Shown here: one piece after another, positions 13,701-26,178 of the stretch
Numbering within the stretch: position 1 is the first letter of the stretch
How the letters are laid out: each line of letters opens with the position of its first letter
Assembly: GCF_032062105.1 (NCBI RefSeq)
Contig: NW_026933043.1
Span: forward strand, 434,001-498,000
DNA: 64,000 bases
Reading direction: 5' to 3'
DNA from: Saccostrea cucullata
Taxonomy: Eukaryota
The notes under the pieces: model-generated
What the model saw: only the letters and a program-made list of their open reading frames with translations
Told to the model about the DNA's origin: nothing
The model's database searches: none
Program-made: the position numbers and the translations under genes

Positions 13701-16700
13701 CTTGTTAAGGCAAAGCCATTATTAGTCATATTGATCAAGACGCATCCTCAGGTAGTGTAGATTTGTGCAAGTCATGACCCCTGAGGTCAGGGTGGGGGTT
13801 TCATCAGTACCTTTCTACTTTAGATTAGCAAATTTGGCTTTCTTCAAACTTCATTTATTATCTTCTCTTTAATAGCTGTATTTGTGAGTAATTGTCTTTT
13901 TTAGACTGTTCTACGTATTTGGGACTGTATGTTTTATGAGGGCAGTAAAGTTCTACTACGGGTGTCAGCCATGTTAATCCTTCAGAATAAAGAACGCCTA
14001 ATGGCCTGTGATAACTTCACGTCAATGGTGAATGAGCTACAGTCCATCATCAAAAATCCACAGAGTCTGAACTGTCACAAGTTAATGAAGGTAAGACAAC
14101 TAAGAGATGGTGTGTTAATATTTTGGTGTTACTAGTACCCAATCTAATTAAAATTAGATGTTAGTATCCGCTCGCATACTGTAAATCACATTTTATTCGC
14201 GAGGACTTTATTTTCACGTAATTACACGAGACAGTGTGCTCGCGAAATTTAAATTCTCGCGTATAATAGTATTCCTTAAGATTATATAGAGCAATAACCA
14301 TAATTCGTGAAGATTTTGTCTCGCTAATCAAGAGTCAATGACTATCTCGCGAAAATAAGGTGTCGCGAAAATTAAGTGATCTACAGTACTTGCTACACTA
14401 ACATCTAACAACATCCCAAAGAGGGTCACGTCAGAGGTCAAATTCGGAACAACTCTAGACTTATTCCCATCACTTCGTCAACAAATATCCGATGATTTTG
14501 CCAGCGACAGTTTGATTGGTTGATAGATTTTGACCCCTGACGTGACCCTCTATGGGATGTTGTTCAATGTTGGTGTAGCGAGTATGCGAGGGGATCCAAC
14601 ATATAATTTTAATTAGATTGACTAGTACCATACATGTTAACTCTACCGAATTAGGCGGGAGTCTACCGCTTTTCTACAAAAGTTGCATCTAAAGTATTTT
14701 TGGTTCGCTTGGGTATCCATTTTTGAAGCCACTCTCATAAAATCTTGTTAGATATCACGTGATTTGACTCAGAAGCATACAAATGCTTTTTTTGTACCGA
14801 TGTGTACATAGATTTCAAGCACGAATTTGACAACAAAAACAGCACAAGATTACCAGTGATTAAACTCGTTATGATAAATTTAGTCAACATCACTGCCATG
14901 AAAAAGGAGATACAGCTTTTAATAATTAGATGAAAACGTTTGGTATCGTCTATAAAAGCACAGGAGCTCCCAATTTTATCAATAAAGTCAATAGAAATCA
15001 CTCGATTGACCAAGCCATGTGGTACATCTCTACTTTCGTTTTCGATCATCGTGGGAAATCTGATTTATATAGCGAAAGATAGGAACTTGTTTTAGATATA
15101 GTTTAAACCATGTCATCATTATACCCCCGCTCCGAAGGAGAGGGGGGTATACTGTTTTACCCTTGTGTGTCTGTCTAGCTGTCTGTCCGTCTGTCTGTCC
15201 GTAACAAATTTTCGTCGCAGTTTTCACAGCAACTACTCATCGTAGATGCTTGAAATTTTAACACAATCTTCTTTGAGGTATGCCATACGGTGGGATACAT
15301 TTTTGGTCAAATCCGATCCGATATCAACTTCCTGTTTGTCTGTGCATCTGTCCGTTTCATGCATAACAAATTTTCGTCGCAGTTTTCTCAGCAACTACTC
15401 ATCACAGATGCTTGAAATTTTAACACAATCTTCTCTGAGGCATGCAATACAATGGGATACATTTTTGATCACATCCAATGTTAACTTCCTGTTTGTCTTT
15501 GTGTCTGTCCGTTTCATACATAACAAATTTTTGTCACAGTTTTCTCAGCAACTACTCATTGCAGATGCTTGAAATTATAACACAATCTTCTCTGAGGTAT
15601 GCCATAAGGTGGGATTAATTTTGATATGAATCTGATGTCAATTTCATATTTTTCTGTGCATCTGTCCATAATTGAACTTGTGTATATTAACATGATAGTG
15701 TTTATTCACACTAGAGCGGGGGTATACCTAGTGAGCATTAGCTCACAGATTTTTTGTTTTGTTTAACAACTGAATGAACATTCAGAATTATTGCTTCTAG
15801 GCTATACTGGCAAAGATCACTTTTCAAAAGGCTGAGTTAAACAGCCAATTCTAGCAAAAAGATGAGCATGTACAATTTATGTCAAACTTAAGGTGTTTCT
15901 GTCTTCTTCTTTGCAGTTGATATTTAAGATTAATTATTGTAGGTTTCATTTAAGGCTACATACATGTATATATTACATGAAATATGTCGGTAATCCAAGC
16001 GTAAAACAACGCACGCACAATGCTACCGCTTTTGAGGTCTGAATCTCCCTAATTTTCATCGCAATAGGTTAACATGTATGCTAGTACCTTTTAAAGTGAA
16101 GATAGCAAACAGTGATCAATCAGTTAAGAACTTAGAAATGCAAAAGCATGAACAGGGCAAAATTAAAAAACAAAGCACAGACTTCTGACAACTCCCAGGT
16201 GGGATCAGGTACCAAGGATAAGTAAGCATCTTTTGTAGATTTGTCACAAACACCATGAGTCCTCTGTTACTTAATAGGTAAATGGAGTAATCAGCAGTCC
16301 AATTGGTGAGATAGAAATGATCATAGATGATTTGTATAATTACACTACTTCATTTCATTCACTGATGTTTCATTTAATTGATACTGTACTTGTACATGTG
16401 TACACTGTATGAATGAAGACCTGATTTCTGAACAGTCAAACTTTGTTATCTCAAACTTAAACTTGATTTTGGGGTTGGGGGGGGGGGGTCACAAGAGGTA
16501 TTACACGGGGGAATCTTGTGGAGAACAGCATGATAAAATTTACTCAGGTGACCGTTATAGGACTCTTGTTCTTTTTTTCTCCAATGTAAAATGGAATTCA
16601 CAAATTCAGTTTTATTTACTGATGAGAATAACTTCTGTTGCAGCACTGTTTTAAGAGACTGGGTTCGTTTCCTCATTCTCGGATTGAGAAGATGCGGCTG

Positions 16701-16727
16701 GAGTGTTTGGCTAGAGTCGGGGACTGA
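4754..16727 (+). CDS. GRTP1: Growth hormone-regulated TBC protein 1 (TBC1D6), Rab-GAP
   Basis: Exons with GT-AG junctions in frame: 4754-4791, 5115-5269, 7980-8026, 8258-8369, 11003-11121, 12754-12850, 13065-13128, 13339-13447, 13905-14090, 16644-16727. The protein has DGYGF, RKGIPNEHRKYVW, DLHRTFP (R finger), GYCQGLNFIAG (Q finger), FW, KWFMCLF and RIWDCMFYEGSKVLLRV, typical of GRTP1. Confidence 0.9.
5298..5512. mobile_element. MITE with TACTGTA...TACAGTA ends (Tc1/mariner-type, TA target)
   Basis: Inverted termini tactgtatacagg / cctgtatacagta. Confidence 0.7.
5580..5868 (-). mobile_element. tRNA-derived SINE-like repeat
   Basis: Minus strand reads gtagagcacttgaccagagattcagggggcccaggcttgaatcccggtctgg, with tRNA-like A/B box remnants; degenerate, so not a functional tRNA. 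Confidence 0.5.
5869..6317. mobile_element. hAT-like MITE with 5-bp TSD
   Basis: TIR cagggtttgaaattaac / gttaatttggaaccctg; flanking direct repeat tgact; internal actagtccg subterminal motifs. Confidence 0.75.
8771..10678. mobile_element. hAT-type non-autonomous element with 8-bp TSD, carrying a nested element
   Basis: TIR tagggctggg / cccagcccta; TSD ttataaat at 8763-8770 and 10679-10686. Confidence 0.85.
9118..10627. mobile_element. Non-autonomous DNA transposon with GGCC ends and 3-bp TSD (Zator/Harbinger-like), nested in the hAT element
   Basis: TIR ggccggaattaaaaatatctttgtttcccctaac / gttaggggaaacaaaggtatattttattttggcc; TSD caa. Confidence 0.75.
11265..12179. mobile_element. hAT-like MITE (CAGTG ends, 5-bp TSD)
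   Basis: cagtgttttttt ... aaaaaaatcactg; TSD aaaac; internal ttggga motifs. Confidence 0.7.
11420..11896. mobile_element. TTAA-target MITE (Kolobok-like), nested
   Basis: ttaa|aggggcatggacacagtttc ... gaaactgtgtaatgcacct|ttaa. Confidence 0.75.
14140..14620. mobile_element. Foldback (Mutator-like) MITE with 9-bp TSD
   Basis: Long inverted arms caatctaattaaaatta... / ...taattttaattagattg; TSD actagtacc on both sides. Confidence 0.75.
14177..14388. mobile_element. TACTGTA...TACAGTA MITE nested in the foldback element
   Basis: tactgtaaatcac ... gtgatctacagta, with internal tcgcga repeats. Confidence 0.75.
14629..16080. mobile_element. P-element-like non-autonomous transposon (CAT..ATG ends, 7-bp TSD)
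   Basis: TIR catacatgttaac / gttaacatgtatg; TSD ctagtac at 14622-14628 and 16081-16087. Confidence 0.75.
15119..15758 (+). mobile_element. Helentron-associated element (HINE/DINE-like) with internal ~165-bp tandem repeats
   Basis: subTIRs tatacccccgctc / gagcgggggtata, 5' hairpin, (gtct/gtcc)n microsatellite, three core repeats, 3' palindrome gtgagcattagctcac followed by a T-rich end. Confidence 0.8.
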
Positions 16728-19700
16728 TGTCTACAGAAGTAGAGACCTCAGGCGTCCCTCACTGTCTCTCAGAAAAGCCTTCATATCATCTCATCTGGAA
16801 TAATCAAGAAAGGCATTGGAATTAATATAAAGATTACTGAGTGGTTTTGATGTCATGTTGAATTTTTTTGATTATCTTTGTTGTGAAGTGAAAAAAAAAA
16901 AAAACAGAACCCATGATATCAACGTGAAAATTTCAAAAAGTTATTTCAAAAAAAAATCTTGATTAATTTGTTACTATGGCGATTTCAGTGAAGGCCTAAT
17001 TCCAGTGTATGAAACTCCTGTCAGCCCATGTTTCTAATACTACTAATACTACTTATCTGCAGCAGGGATGATTATTATTTTTTTATTCAGTATTTTCATT
17101 TCACTGGAGTCACCAGATGTCTTTTTTTTTCATAGCCTCTTATGAAAGTCACTATAATCTGAGTATTCTCAGGTGACTGTCATGGACAGTCATTGTAAGT
17201 TTATTTTGAAAACTTTGCCTTTAGCAAAGGGATATATCAGGGGTTTCATGCAGCTGGCTGTCAGAAAGGCCTTGGGGTCTAGTTAATATGTTTGGGGTAT
17301 CATTTCTATTTGAACAAAGTATCGTGAAAAACAATATATGATTTTCCTGCTATTTCATCACACAAAATCATTTAGAATTGTTGAAATGTGGGTATATATA
17401 TTAAGAATATACTATATTTACAATTTTAATTTTTTTTTCTGATCTCATTATTTATTTATTTCAATGAATGAATACTTTTTCTTAATTTCAGTTCAATATT
17501 GTACTGAATTTATAAAGGGCCAAATATTTGTTCCTTTTTTTTGTAATTTAAAAAAATTTGAAATATTTTACATATCTTACACAAATCTATCCAAACAGAA
17601 TGTTGATTTATGGTATCCTTTAATGTTATTCCAGTCCATAAATGCCCATATCTTACTTAATATACACAACTTATCTACCTGCAAATGTCTGCATTCAGTA
17701 AATTTACAAAAGAAGCAGAATTACATTTATAGCAAACACAACTACTGCAAAGTACTCTAGAATGTATCTTGTTTGACACAAAACTTTTAATAGTTATATG
17801 GAATTTATTCATAGGTTGCAGAGAATTACATTTCTACTATGTACTTTGGACACAAAGTTTAGCTCATATTCAGCAGTTTTTGTAGTTTATGAATAGTCCC
17901 AATGTTTGACATCTTTCAAAAACCTAAATTTCAAAAAACACACAAGTCAAAAAAAAAATAAAACACATATTTTATAGTAATAAGAATGATGTATTTCAAA
18001 AGATATGATTTCATTTATCCATTTTTCTTAAAGAAAGTTATTTTCTTCAGCAAAATCAAGGTATTAAATACTGAAACTACTCCAATAATGATATATTATA
18101 CAAATATTTAGAGATATTGCCGAAAATAATTAATTTTGACTTGAATAATTAATTTTTGATTTTTCTGACATGGTGTGTCAAAAACCAAGGCGCACGCAGA
18201 CGCTAAACATAGAAAAAACTTGGAATGGCCCTATTGATAAAAGTTTCTTGACAATGTACAGTTGTTCTATGTTAATGTCAATTATATCACCAACTGTAAA
18301 GCGCTAGTAGTTTATCAACTTTAACATTTTGTAAAAAGACCTATAAAAATTCACAAAGACTTTAAAAACAAATATCTTCTATAGAATGAATTTTAAAAAA
18401 TGGTACTTATAAAAGTCCTAGGGATGTGCGATTTTAATATCGGTAACAATTTTTTGTAAAATTTTGAGACCAAAAAGATTTTGGTACATGTATTTATATT
18501 CATTAAATATTTCACATTTTTTAAAAAAAAAAGAATATATTCCAAACATGATTTATTTTATGTACATAAAAATTTCAAAATAGTGAAATTTTGTTTTTCT
18601 AGCTGCATACTTTTAAGAAAAATAATGACTATTCATTTAAAATCATTGTAAAAATTGTTTGTAAAAAAAAATCATGGTATTATTATATTTTTGGAAAAAA
18701 TTGTGATACTAGTATATCGCGATATGAAATTTTTGGCGATACCCATCCCCATCAGTCAGACTAGTATTAATTAAAATAAAGAATGTACACATTTATATGG
18801 AAGATTCTGTACTCCCATGCAGTAAAAAAATGTCACACAAAATACATTTATTTTCCTGAAAAAAAAAATTTAAGTTATGTTGTTGTCTTCATCAAATCAC
18901 ACAATTTATTTTGTACTCCAAGCATTTTTTTATTGCAAAATGTTTTCAGTGAATTAGATTTGTATGCAGCTTATTTAACAGATAACTACACCTCTAACAA
19001 TACTTTTTTTGCAGTTTGTTCAATTCTGAAATCCATCTCCTGTTTGTTTTTGTATAAATTGATATTCATTATGCTAGATTTATAAGTCATGCCCATGTTT
19101 AACTTTTGATTAATACTTCTGTTTTGTTCAATCTGATACATTCCGTTATTCATTGTTAATCTTTTAATTTTGATTGAATTTCACTTTCTATGTATAATCA
19201 GCATTTACTCATGATTATAAATGAAGATAGAGCTCATACAGTAAAGCTGAATACGACCCGTAAATAGACAGAACCATTTTCAATAGTGCTATCTATGATT
19301 TTGGCACCAAGGTAAACCCTTCATTTACACCTGACTGCTTTATTGTCATGGTTATTGGTGTGGAATGGCAACCCGTGTTCGTGCTGGTTACCGGTAGCTT
19401 GCATTATCTTTGTTTACATTTTATTGCAGTTTCGTGTATCTGTCTTTGTTTTTATATGTATACTAAACTGACCTGTGCAACTCTTGTAAATTTCTTTGGT
19501 TTCTTACTCTCCTGCATTGAAGTTATACTTGGTTATTTTTGTCGTAATGGAATGCTGTAAAGCATACATTCATCTACACTGGTAACAACTAATTACACTG
19601 AACAGTGACTAAGATATACAGGTAGGTGCTTTTGGATGTAGTTATTGAATAATCGAATATGGTGAACAAATTCCTTTTATGATTCCTGTTCAGATATAAT

Positions 19701-22076
19701 CTGATTGATCTATTAAAACACCAGTACATTTACATGCAAATTCTGGGGTATGACCTCACTTTTCCTGAAGCATGCTTTAATTACTTCTTATTTGATGATC
19801 TAATCATTATGTCAGATAGCAAGGCATATGATTATGAATGAAATTGATAAAGATTTATTAAATAAGAAGGATAATTTTTACTAAACTTTTTTAATAAATT
19901 GATTCTTGTCTTGTTATCAATAAATATAAACACATTCACAGTGAAAGCTTATGTCCCATTGAGAAGAAAACCGATATATTTCAAAGCATTTCAGATATTC
20001 AGAATAAAATACTTGAAGAAAACTTATTTCTACATTTTTATGTTGCTGGAGATATCAATGTGTAAGATACCAAAATTATAATATGATGCAACAGTACTAT
20101 TCTAACTTTTTTTTTCACAAAAATTGTCATCGTTATTTTAATAGCATATCTAGATTTTTTGTGCCATATCAGAAAATGGGACCAATCATAAAAGAATTTT
20201 AATTAGATATACATGTATATACAATGATGTACTTAATGCCAGATGCAAAACTTATCATTTCAGTATTTATTTTTTAAGAAAGTTTTTTTGTTTAAGATGA
20301 TTGGTTTTTGTCAGTGCAATACTTTTTATGTAATTATACACATCATCTAGCTTAATTAGCAATAAAGAATTGAAAAAATCTTGTTTCGTGTGTTGTTTAC
20401 AGATGAGAGAGACTGGCTTAGAGTTTCAGTTCATTTTGGTTATGTGTAAAGTCTCTAGTAGATATTCTACTGTATACTGGCTGTAAACCAACTATTATTT
20501 GCATCATCTTTTATTTGAAATTCGTCAGTTTGAAATCAATCCACAAGGATTAATTTCTATGAATGTTGAAACATTCTCTAGAAATATAAAGCAAAATAAA
20601 TACATGTACTTTGCGATAATTAATATTCACAAATTAAGTAGGTCGCAAAAATTACAAAATATTTCTCGCCCACGAATAAAAGTTGGTTTATTATATATAC
20701 AATACAGATAATAAGTCTGCTGCAGTACCTAGAGAGATCAAAGGTTTGAGTTTACAATCTGGAATGTACAGTGAGTTAGACCAATGAAATGACAACTAAA
20801 ATCCAAGCTTTAAGTTTACATAGGTGTTTATTTATTCTGTTTATACTCTTGTTTATAACATATTTAGGAAGTATCTACATCATTGAACAGATAATCAAAT
20901 TACCACAACATTCAAACACCCAGAACTTTCACACAAACCCTAATAAACACAAATATTCTCTATCAAAATTTACACCCACTCACACACTGATTTCCAACTG
21001 CAAAAGTTAGTTTTGGTGGACAAGACATGTAATTCATGATACTACTTTAACATTTCCCACTTTCTAATGTACACACAAATACCACAGCAGTGATACATAA
21101 TTAGACAATGCCATGAGATGCTTAATACATACTCAATCTAACATATACTATTAATTTAGGAACAAGATCACATTACAATCATTTTCTACTATATACGTAT
21201 CATAGAATGGAATGTTAAGCTCCACTGACCAATTTCATTTTTAGCACTCTGCTTGTAATTTATATATTCAAGTACATGTACCTTGAAAGTTTTTAAATAT
21301 TGTATATTGAGGATAGAACTTAATCATTCTTCCCAGTGTTTGAAGCAAAATAGCTGACTATTTTAAAAGTACCTTGAAAGCTTTAGAATTTGGATATGGT
21401 TTACTTAAAATAAAACCAATTTATCCAATGTTTGAAGCAAAATAGCTGACAAAATTTGAAAAATTCAAGTTTCTGTATACCTAGTTAAGATATAATAAAA
21501 TGTTCAAAATTTATCACAATTTTCCCCAATTTCAATCCATAATAATAATATTGTTATCAATCCTTATCTATAAAAGAATATTGACTAACTACAAGAACAT
21601 ACAATACATGTAATACCCTCACTAGTAGCTAGACTAGAACTTTTCAAAAATTGATTATACAAACACATTCTACAAACAATATGGTAAATTTTGTAACATA
21701 CTAACATGGTGGAATTCATGATTCAATATCGTATACGGGGAGCTTGAGAAAATGGCCCATTATTGAGCCCCCTCCCTGAATAAGCAGATTTGTTCATATC
21801 ATTTTCACAATTTACATGTAATAGCACAGAGCATCTTAGAACCTAAGCTTTACAATTTATTTTTTCCTTCTATTTCACTGCTGTAGCCTTTTATTTAAAA
21901 AAATCCTTTGCATTGCTTAGTTTCAATATAAAGTGGATAAAGGCTCTGACAGTATATTGCTTTACTTCATAAATACAAATTTTCAATTCTTAATTTCCCT
22001 GTTATTAGCACAATGTTTAGAGAAAGAGAAACATCTGATAGTTAAATCACAGGAGCTAGCTGGAGACAGGAAATGA

Positions 22077-25000
22077 CTAGTCCTTCTTGAGTCGGGTCGT
22101 GGTCATTCTGTAGATGATACTGTCCCGCCCTGGGTCAATGTTCCACATCCCGTACGACACCGCAAAGAGGATGACAAACATGGCAATCATAAACCACAGA
22201 ATAATGTTAAATATGGCGGGGTAATTCTCATCGTAGTCCTTGGAGAGATTGATGTCCACATCAGAGTCCTAAAATCAGAGAGAGAATTATAGACAATCTT
22301 TAAATTGAAATCAGAAGCAAGGCCAGCAAAGCAGACCTGATAAACAATTGACTGATTTATAATTTTCAAACCCTCTAAATACTAAAACGTTTCCTTTGTC
22401 AATGAATATAGAATACATTGTATATTTTCAAATATAAAACTTTTTTTTCTTTGCATCTCACCGATCAAAATGAAATAAAAGCCATGTACATGAAAATTGT
22501 TTATCAATCATCTTGTGTGACTTTAATAAACAACCGAGTTACATTTGTACTTCCCTTGTACATTACAAACTTCAATACCATATAATGTCAGCAGTGTGAC
22601 TTATCTTATACTCCCTCCCTTGTTCCAAACATATATTGTCATCACTGAATAATCAAATCAATACAGCAGTATGACCTTCACTCCTCAATGTGGCCCCCAT
22701 CCAACAAGTGCTCTGAATGATCAGAGCAACACAGTAGTTTGACCTTCACCCCCTGTGAGGTCCCCCCTCCCCTGTTATTTACCTCCACGGCCATCAGACT
22801 CCTTGTTTTCCTGACATATTTTTCCTCGGGATTAATTGACAGAACTTCCACCACCACATTGTCTTTGTATAACTTCTTGAAATCTTCTGTCATCTGAAAT
22901 CATATTTATTCCATTAAGAAATCTGTAGTGGTATTTTTTTTTTACTTTCTTTGATTCAGACAGTCTGAACCTAACATGAGAGATTTTTATCACAATCTAT
23001 TTTACCACCTATAATGGTTGTCAGTTGGTGAATTCAAAGCGGGGGAAAAATCAATAGACAGAGTTATCTCCCTTAAACTGTGTCGAAGCAAATTTTAAAA
23101 TAGAGTAAAATTTTTGCGTGTCTCTGATGTTTTAGAGGTCCGTGTTTGCTCTGCTCCTAATTTGTATTGTTTAATGGACTACAATATTGAATACTGTTCG
23201 TTGTCTCCATATCCTTCATCTGAACAGTGTAATTGGTAAAAAAATGACAAGGTATAAAAAACAACCAAAGAAATGTTCAACTAAACTTCTGTTTTTGATT
23301 AACTATTCATCTGCTATTAGTTTAATTCTAGTTACACTTGAGTATGTACAGTACACCCTGTATGATTATGAAAAGCCTGTTAAGTCTGTGTGTTCTATGT
23401 CTTACCTTTGTTATGAAGTCTGATATCAATCTGTGAGCGTCCTCTGTCTGAGGGAAGATTTCCCTCCATGTTTGTTAACGATGTCATGTAGACCGGTGAT
23501 GGTGAAGGAAAAGAGGTCGGGGGTCTTACTCTTCAGCATTTCTGGACGGTCACTCACCTTTAAATATAATCAAAGATTTAAGTTTTATTTATCTAGACAT
23601 CTGTACTGTATGTTTACAGTACCTTTACAAAAAATATTAATATGAATGGTTAGCCAACTTTTCATTTACCCTTAATATTTCATTTTAAACTTCATGTGCT
23701 ATAACTTAAACATTTCTATATTTCATTAAAAAAATAAACTGCAAACTTACATATTCATTTTTTACAACTTTTTAAACAAATAGAATAAGCATATAAAAGA
23801 CTGGTCAACTGTCAAGATTATGTGAAAAATATTTTTTATTCCGGCATTAATCAATTAAACTTAATTACACTATTCCTTTACCGTGTTAATGACATCCTGT
23901 ATGAGTTGCAACTCCCCCATCAGTCTGAGATGGCTGGGTTTGCTGGCATTTAGTGACCCCACGGAGTGTCTCTGTAACACGGAGTCTGAGTCCAGCAGTC
24001 GGTCAGACATCTTCCTGAGCGTGTCGGGAAGTTTACGGAAAACATCAAAGTCAGAGTGGACATCAAAAAACTAAAATAAACATAGACCTCAATCAAAAAC
24101 TTCAAAGTCGCCCTGCACATCAAAAAAATAAAATAAACATAGACCTCAATCAAAAACGTCAAAGTCAGAGTGGACATCAAAAACTAAAATAAACATAGAC
24201 CTCAATCAAAAACATCAAAGTCAGAGTGCACATCAAAAAACTAAAAGTAAACATGGAGGTCAATTATTTAAGCAGTAAACCATAAAAGATGCTTGAAGTT
24301 TGTATGCACATGTATGTTTCATAGTAGAGAATCAAAAGTGAAACTGCAGGTCAATTATATTTATTTTCAATATGTATATGAAACCACTGCAAAAATAATT
24401 GCATATCATTTCAATTGAATCTTATTCTGTTGAATTTTTCTTGTAATGTATTCGTTCTAAATGTATGTTTTTTAATACGAATACAAATCATAGTAATATT
24501 ACTATATTCAATGGAATTGAATTGATTTGGACTGTATGCTCTTATGGCAACTTCGACCCATACTCAAAATTATTACATTATCATAAATACAGAGTAAACA
24601 GCTTTATGTATTTACATTGTTATCCATGCCAGCATCAAGTAACAGTGGACTCTGATCAAAGAAAGCTCCCTGGAGTGTGTTCATCAGAGAGGCAATGTCC
24701 ACCATTGGAATATCCTACAAATAAAGGAAGAACTTTTATTGGTCAGAAAATCAATCTACATGATGTTTCAAATATCTTTGTAAAATTTAGTAAGGTTAAA
24801 CATAGAAGTTGTGCATTATATATGAATTAGCATTATATGACTGTTAGATAATTTCTATTTTTCACCAAAGACTTACTGTGTTTACAGGAAATCGGGCCAT
24901 GTTTTTAACAGTTAGCGGCTTCTTTTTTAAGTCATTGTGTCCAAGAATTGATACAAGTATATTGGCCTTCGGTCTTTTGAAGAAGGAATTCTGGGTAAGT

Positions 25001-26151
25001 CCATTCCAGTTGACATCCTAATATAGAAAACATAAATCATGTAAATAGTGGGAAATCAGAATGATAAAGTCATTGTACATACAAGCCATCTGCAATTAAT
25101 CAATAACTTACATTCTAACTTCACCGATTAGCAACAATATATTTTGGTGAATGAAAAAAAAAAATATTTTCTCAAAGATTTGAATATATTTTAATAATGT
25201 ACCATAATCTTAAAGAATTTCCATCTATGTACTTTGTTCTTTTGTAAATCTCATGTCTGTTTCAATTTACAGTGTTTTTCATGACCCATCAGAAATGTGG
25301 TCTCTTTACCCTCAAAATACTTAATATTTTCTAAAATTTATTTTGAGATCATGTTCAAAAACTTGTTTACAATAACTTGTTGTGACAGGAAAAAGATTTC
25401 TCCCTACAAATTTCTTTCCATTAAAGAGTAAAATCATTGCTTTTATAATCATGTATAATATGAGTGAAAAGCATTGACAATATCAGTAATGCACTTTTGT
25501 CTTTCATCAGTGCCGTTTTCACCAGGTGCCGTTTTGACTTGTACCCCTTTTATAATATGAGTGAAAAGCACTGACAATATCAACATGATCAATAAAGCGA
25601 GGCTCCTTCTGCATCCTGGAATGTTACATAACACCGAGTGTGTGTGTTACCAGGAACACTGCTGGTGGACAGCAAACTCCTTAAATAAATCAAGAAGAAA
25701 ATTAACCTATGCATGTGTAAACACTAACTCTTGTCCATAACACACTCCTTAAATAAACCAGGAAAATATAACCTGCTATTGTAAACAAATACACATGGGA
25801 AAACAAATCAATGGAAAACGGACCATTCAGGAAAACAGCAATGCAACATCAGAAATTTATTTTCTAACTTGACTAAAATCAAAAGTCTTTACAACCTAGC
25901 AATGCTAAAACACATGTTTCAGTAAGAACCGGGTCAGGTGATGCCATCGTGACAACCAAAATATGTGATCTACATCTCAAAATTTTCATCAAAAAAAGTA
26001 TTCCATCGACAATTTTTTTTTCTTGGAAAAAATACCAAGAATATTTATTTACAACGCCCTTAAATAATTATCGTAAAACCATGCAAATCTTACCTATAAA
26101 AATCAATATGTAAAATTGCAATACTAATAGTCCTCTTTCCCTGTCCGCCAT
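22077..26151 (-). CDS. ATP6AP2: V-ATPase accessory protein 2 / (pro)renin receptor; apparent frameshifts in exons 2 and 6 as assembled
   Basis: Exons 26151-26094 (signal peptide), 25679-~25550 (garbled), 25017-24877 (W.GL...F.RPKAN), 24714-24616, 24070-23882, 23557-23406 (PDLFSF), 22893-22783 (furin site RKTR), 22268-22077 (YPAIFNIILW TM ... WNIDPGRDSIIYRMTTTRLKKD). Confidence 0.9.
24040..24262 (-). repeat. ~57-bp tandem repeat spanning the 3' splice site and first ~30 nt of ATP6AP2 exon 5
   Basis: Four copies of aaaacatcaaagtcagagtggacatcaaaaaactaaaataaacatagacctcaatc. Confidence 0.9.
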
Positions 26152-26168
26152 TTTGACTGTGAATGTGT

Positions 26169-26178
26169 GTCATGTGAC
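26169..26178. promoter_or_regulatory. M-box/CLEAR-like E-box (GTCATGTGAC) just upstream of the ATP6AP2 start
   Basis: One mismatch from CLEAR GTCACGTGAC and contains the M-box TCATGTG; 18 bp from the ATG of a V-ATPase gene. Confidence 0.55.

Noticed and set aside
14735-15572. 100-aa ORFs in the GRTP1 intron
   Set aside because: They lie inside non-autonomous TEs and show no transposase motifs.
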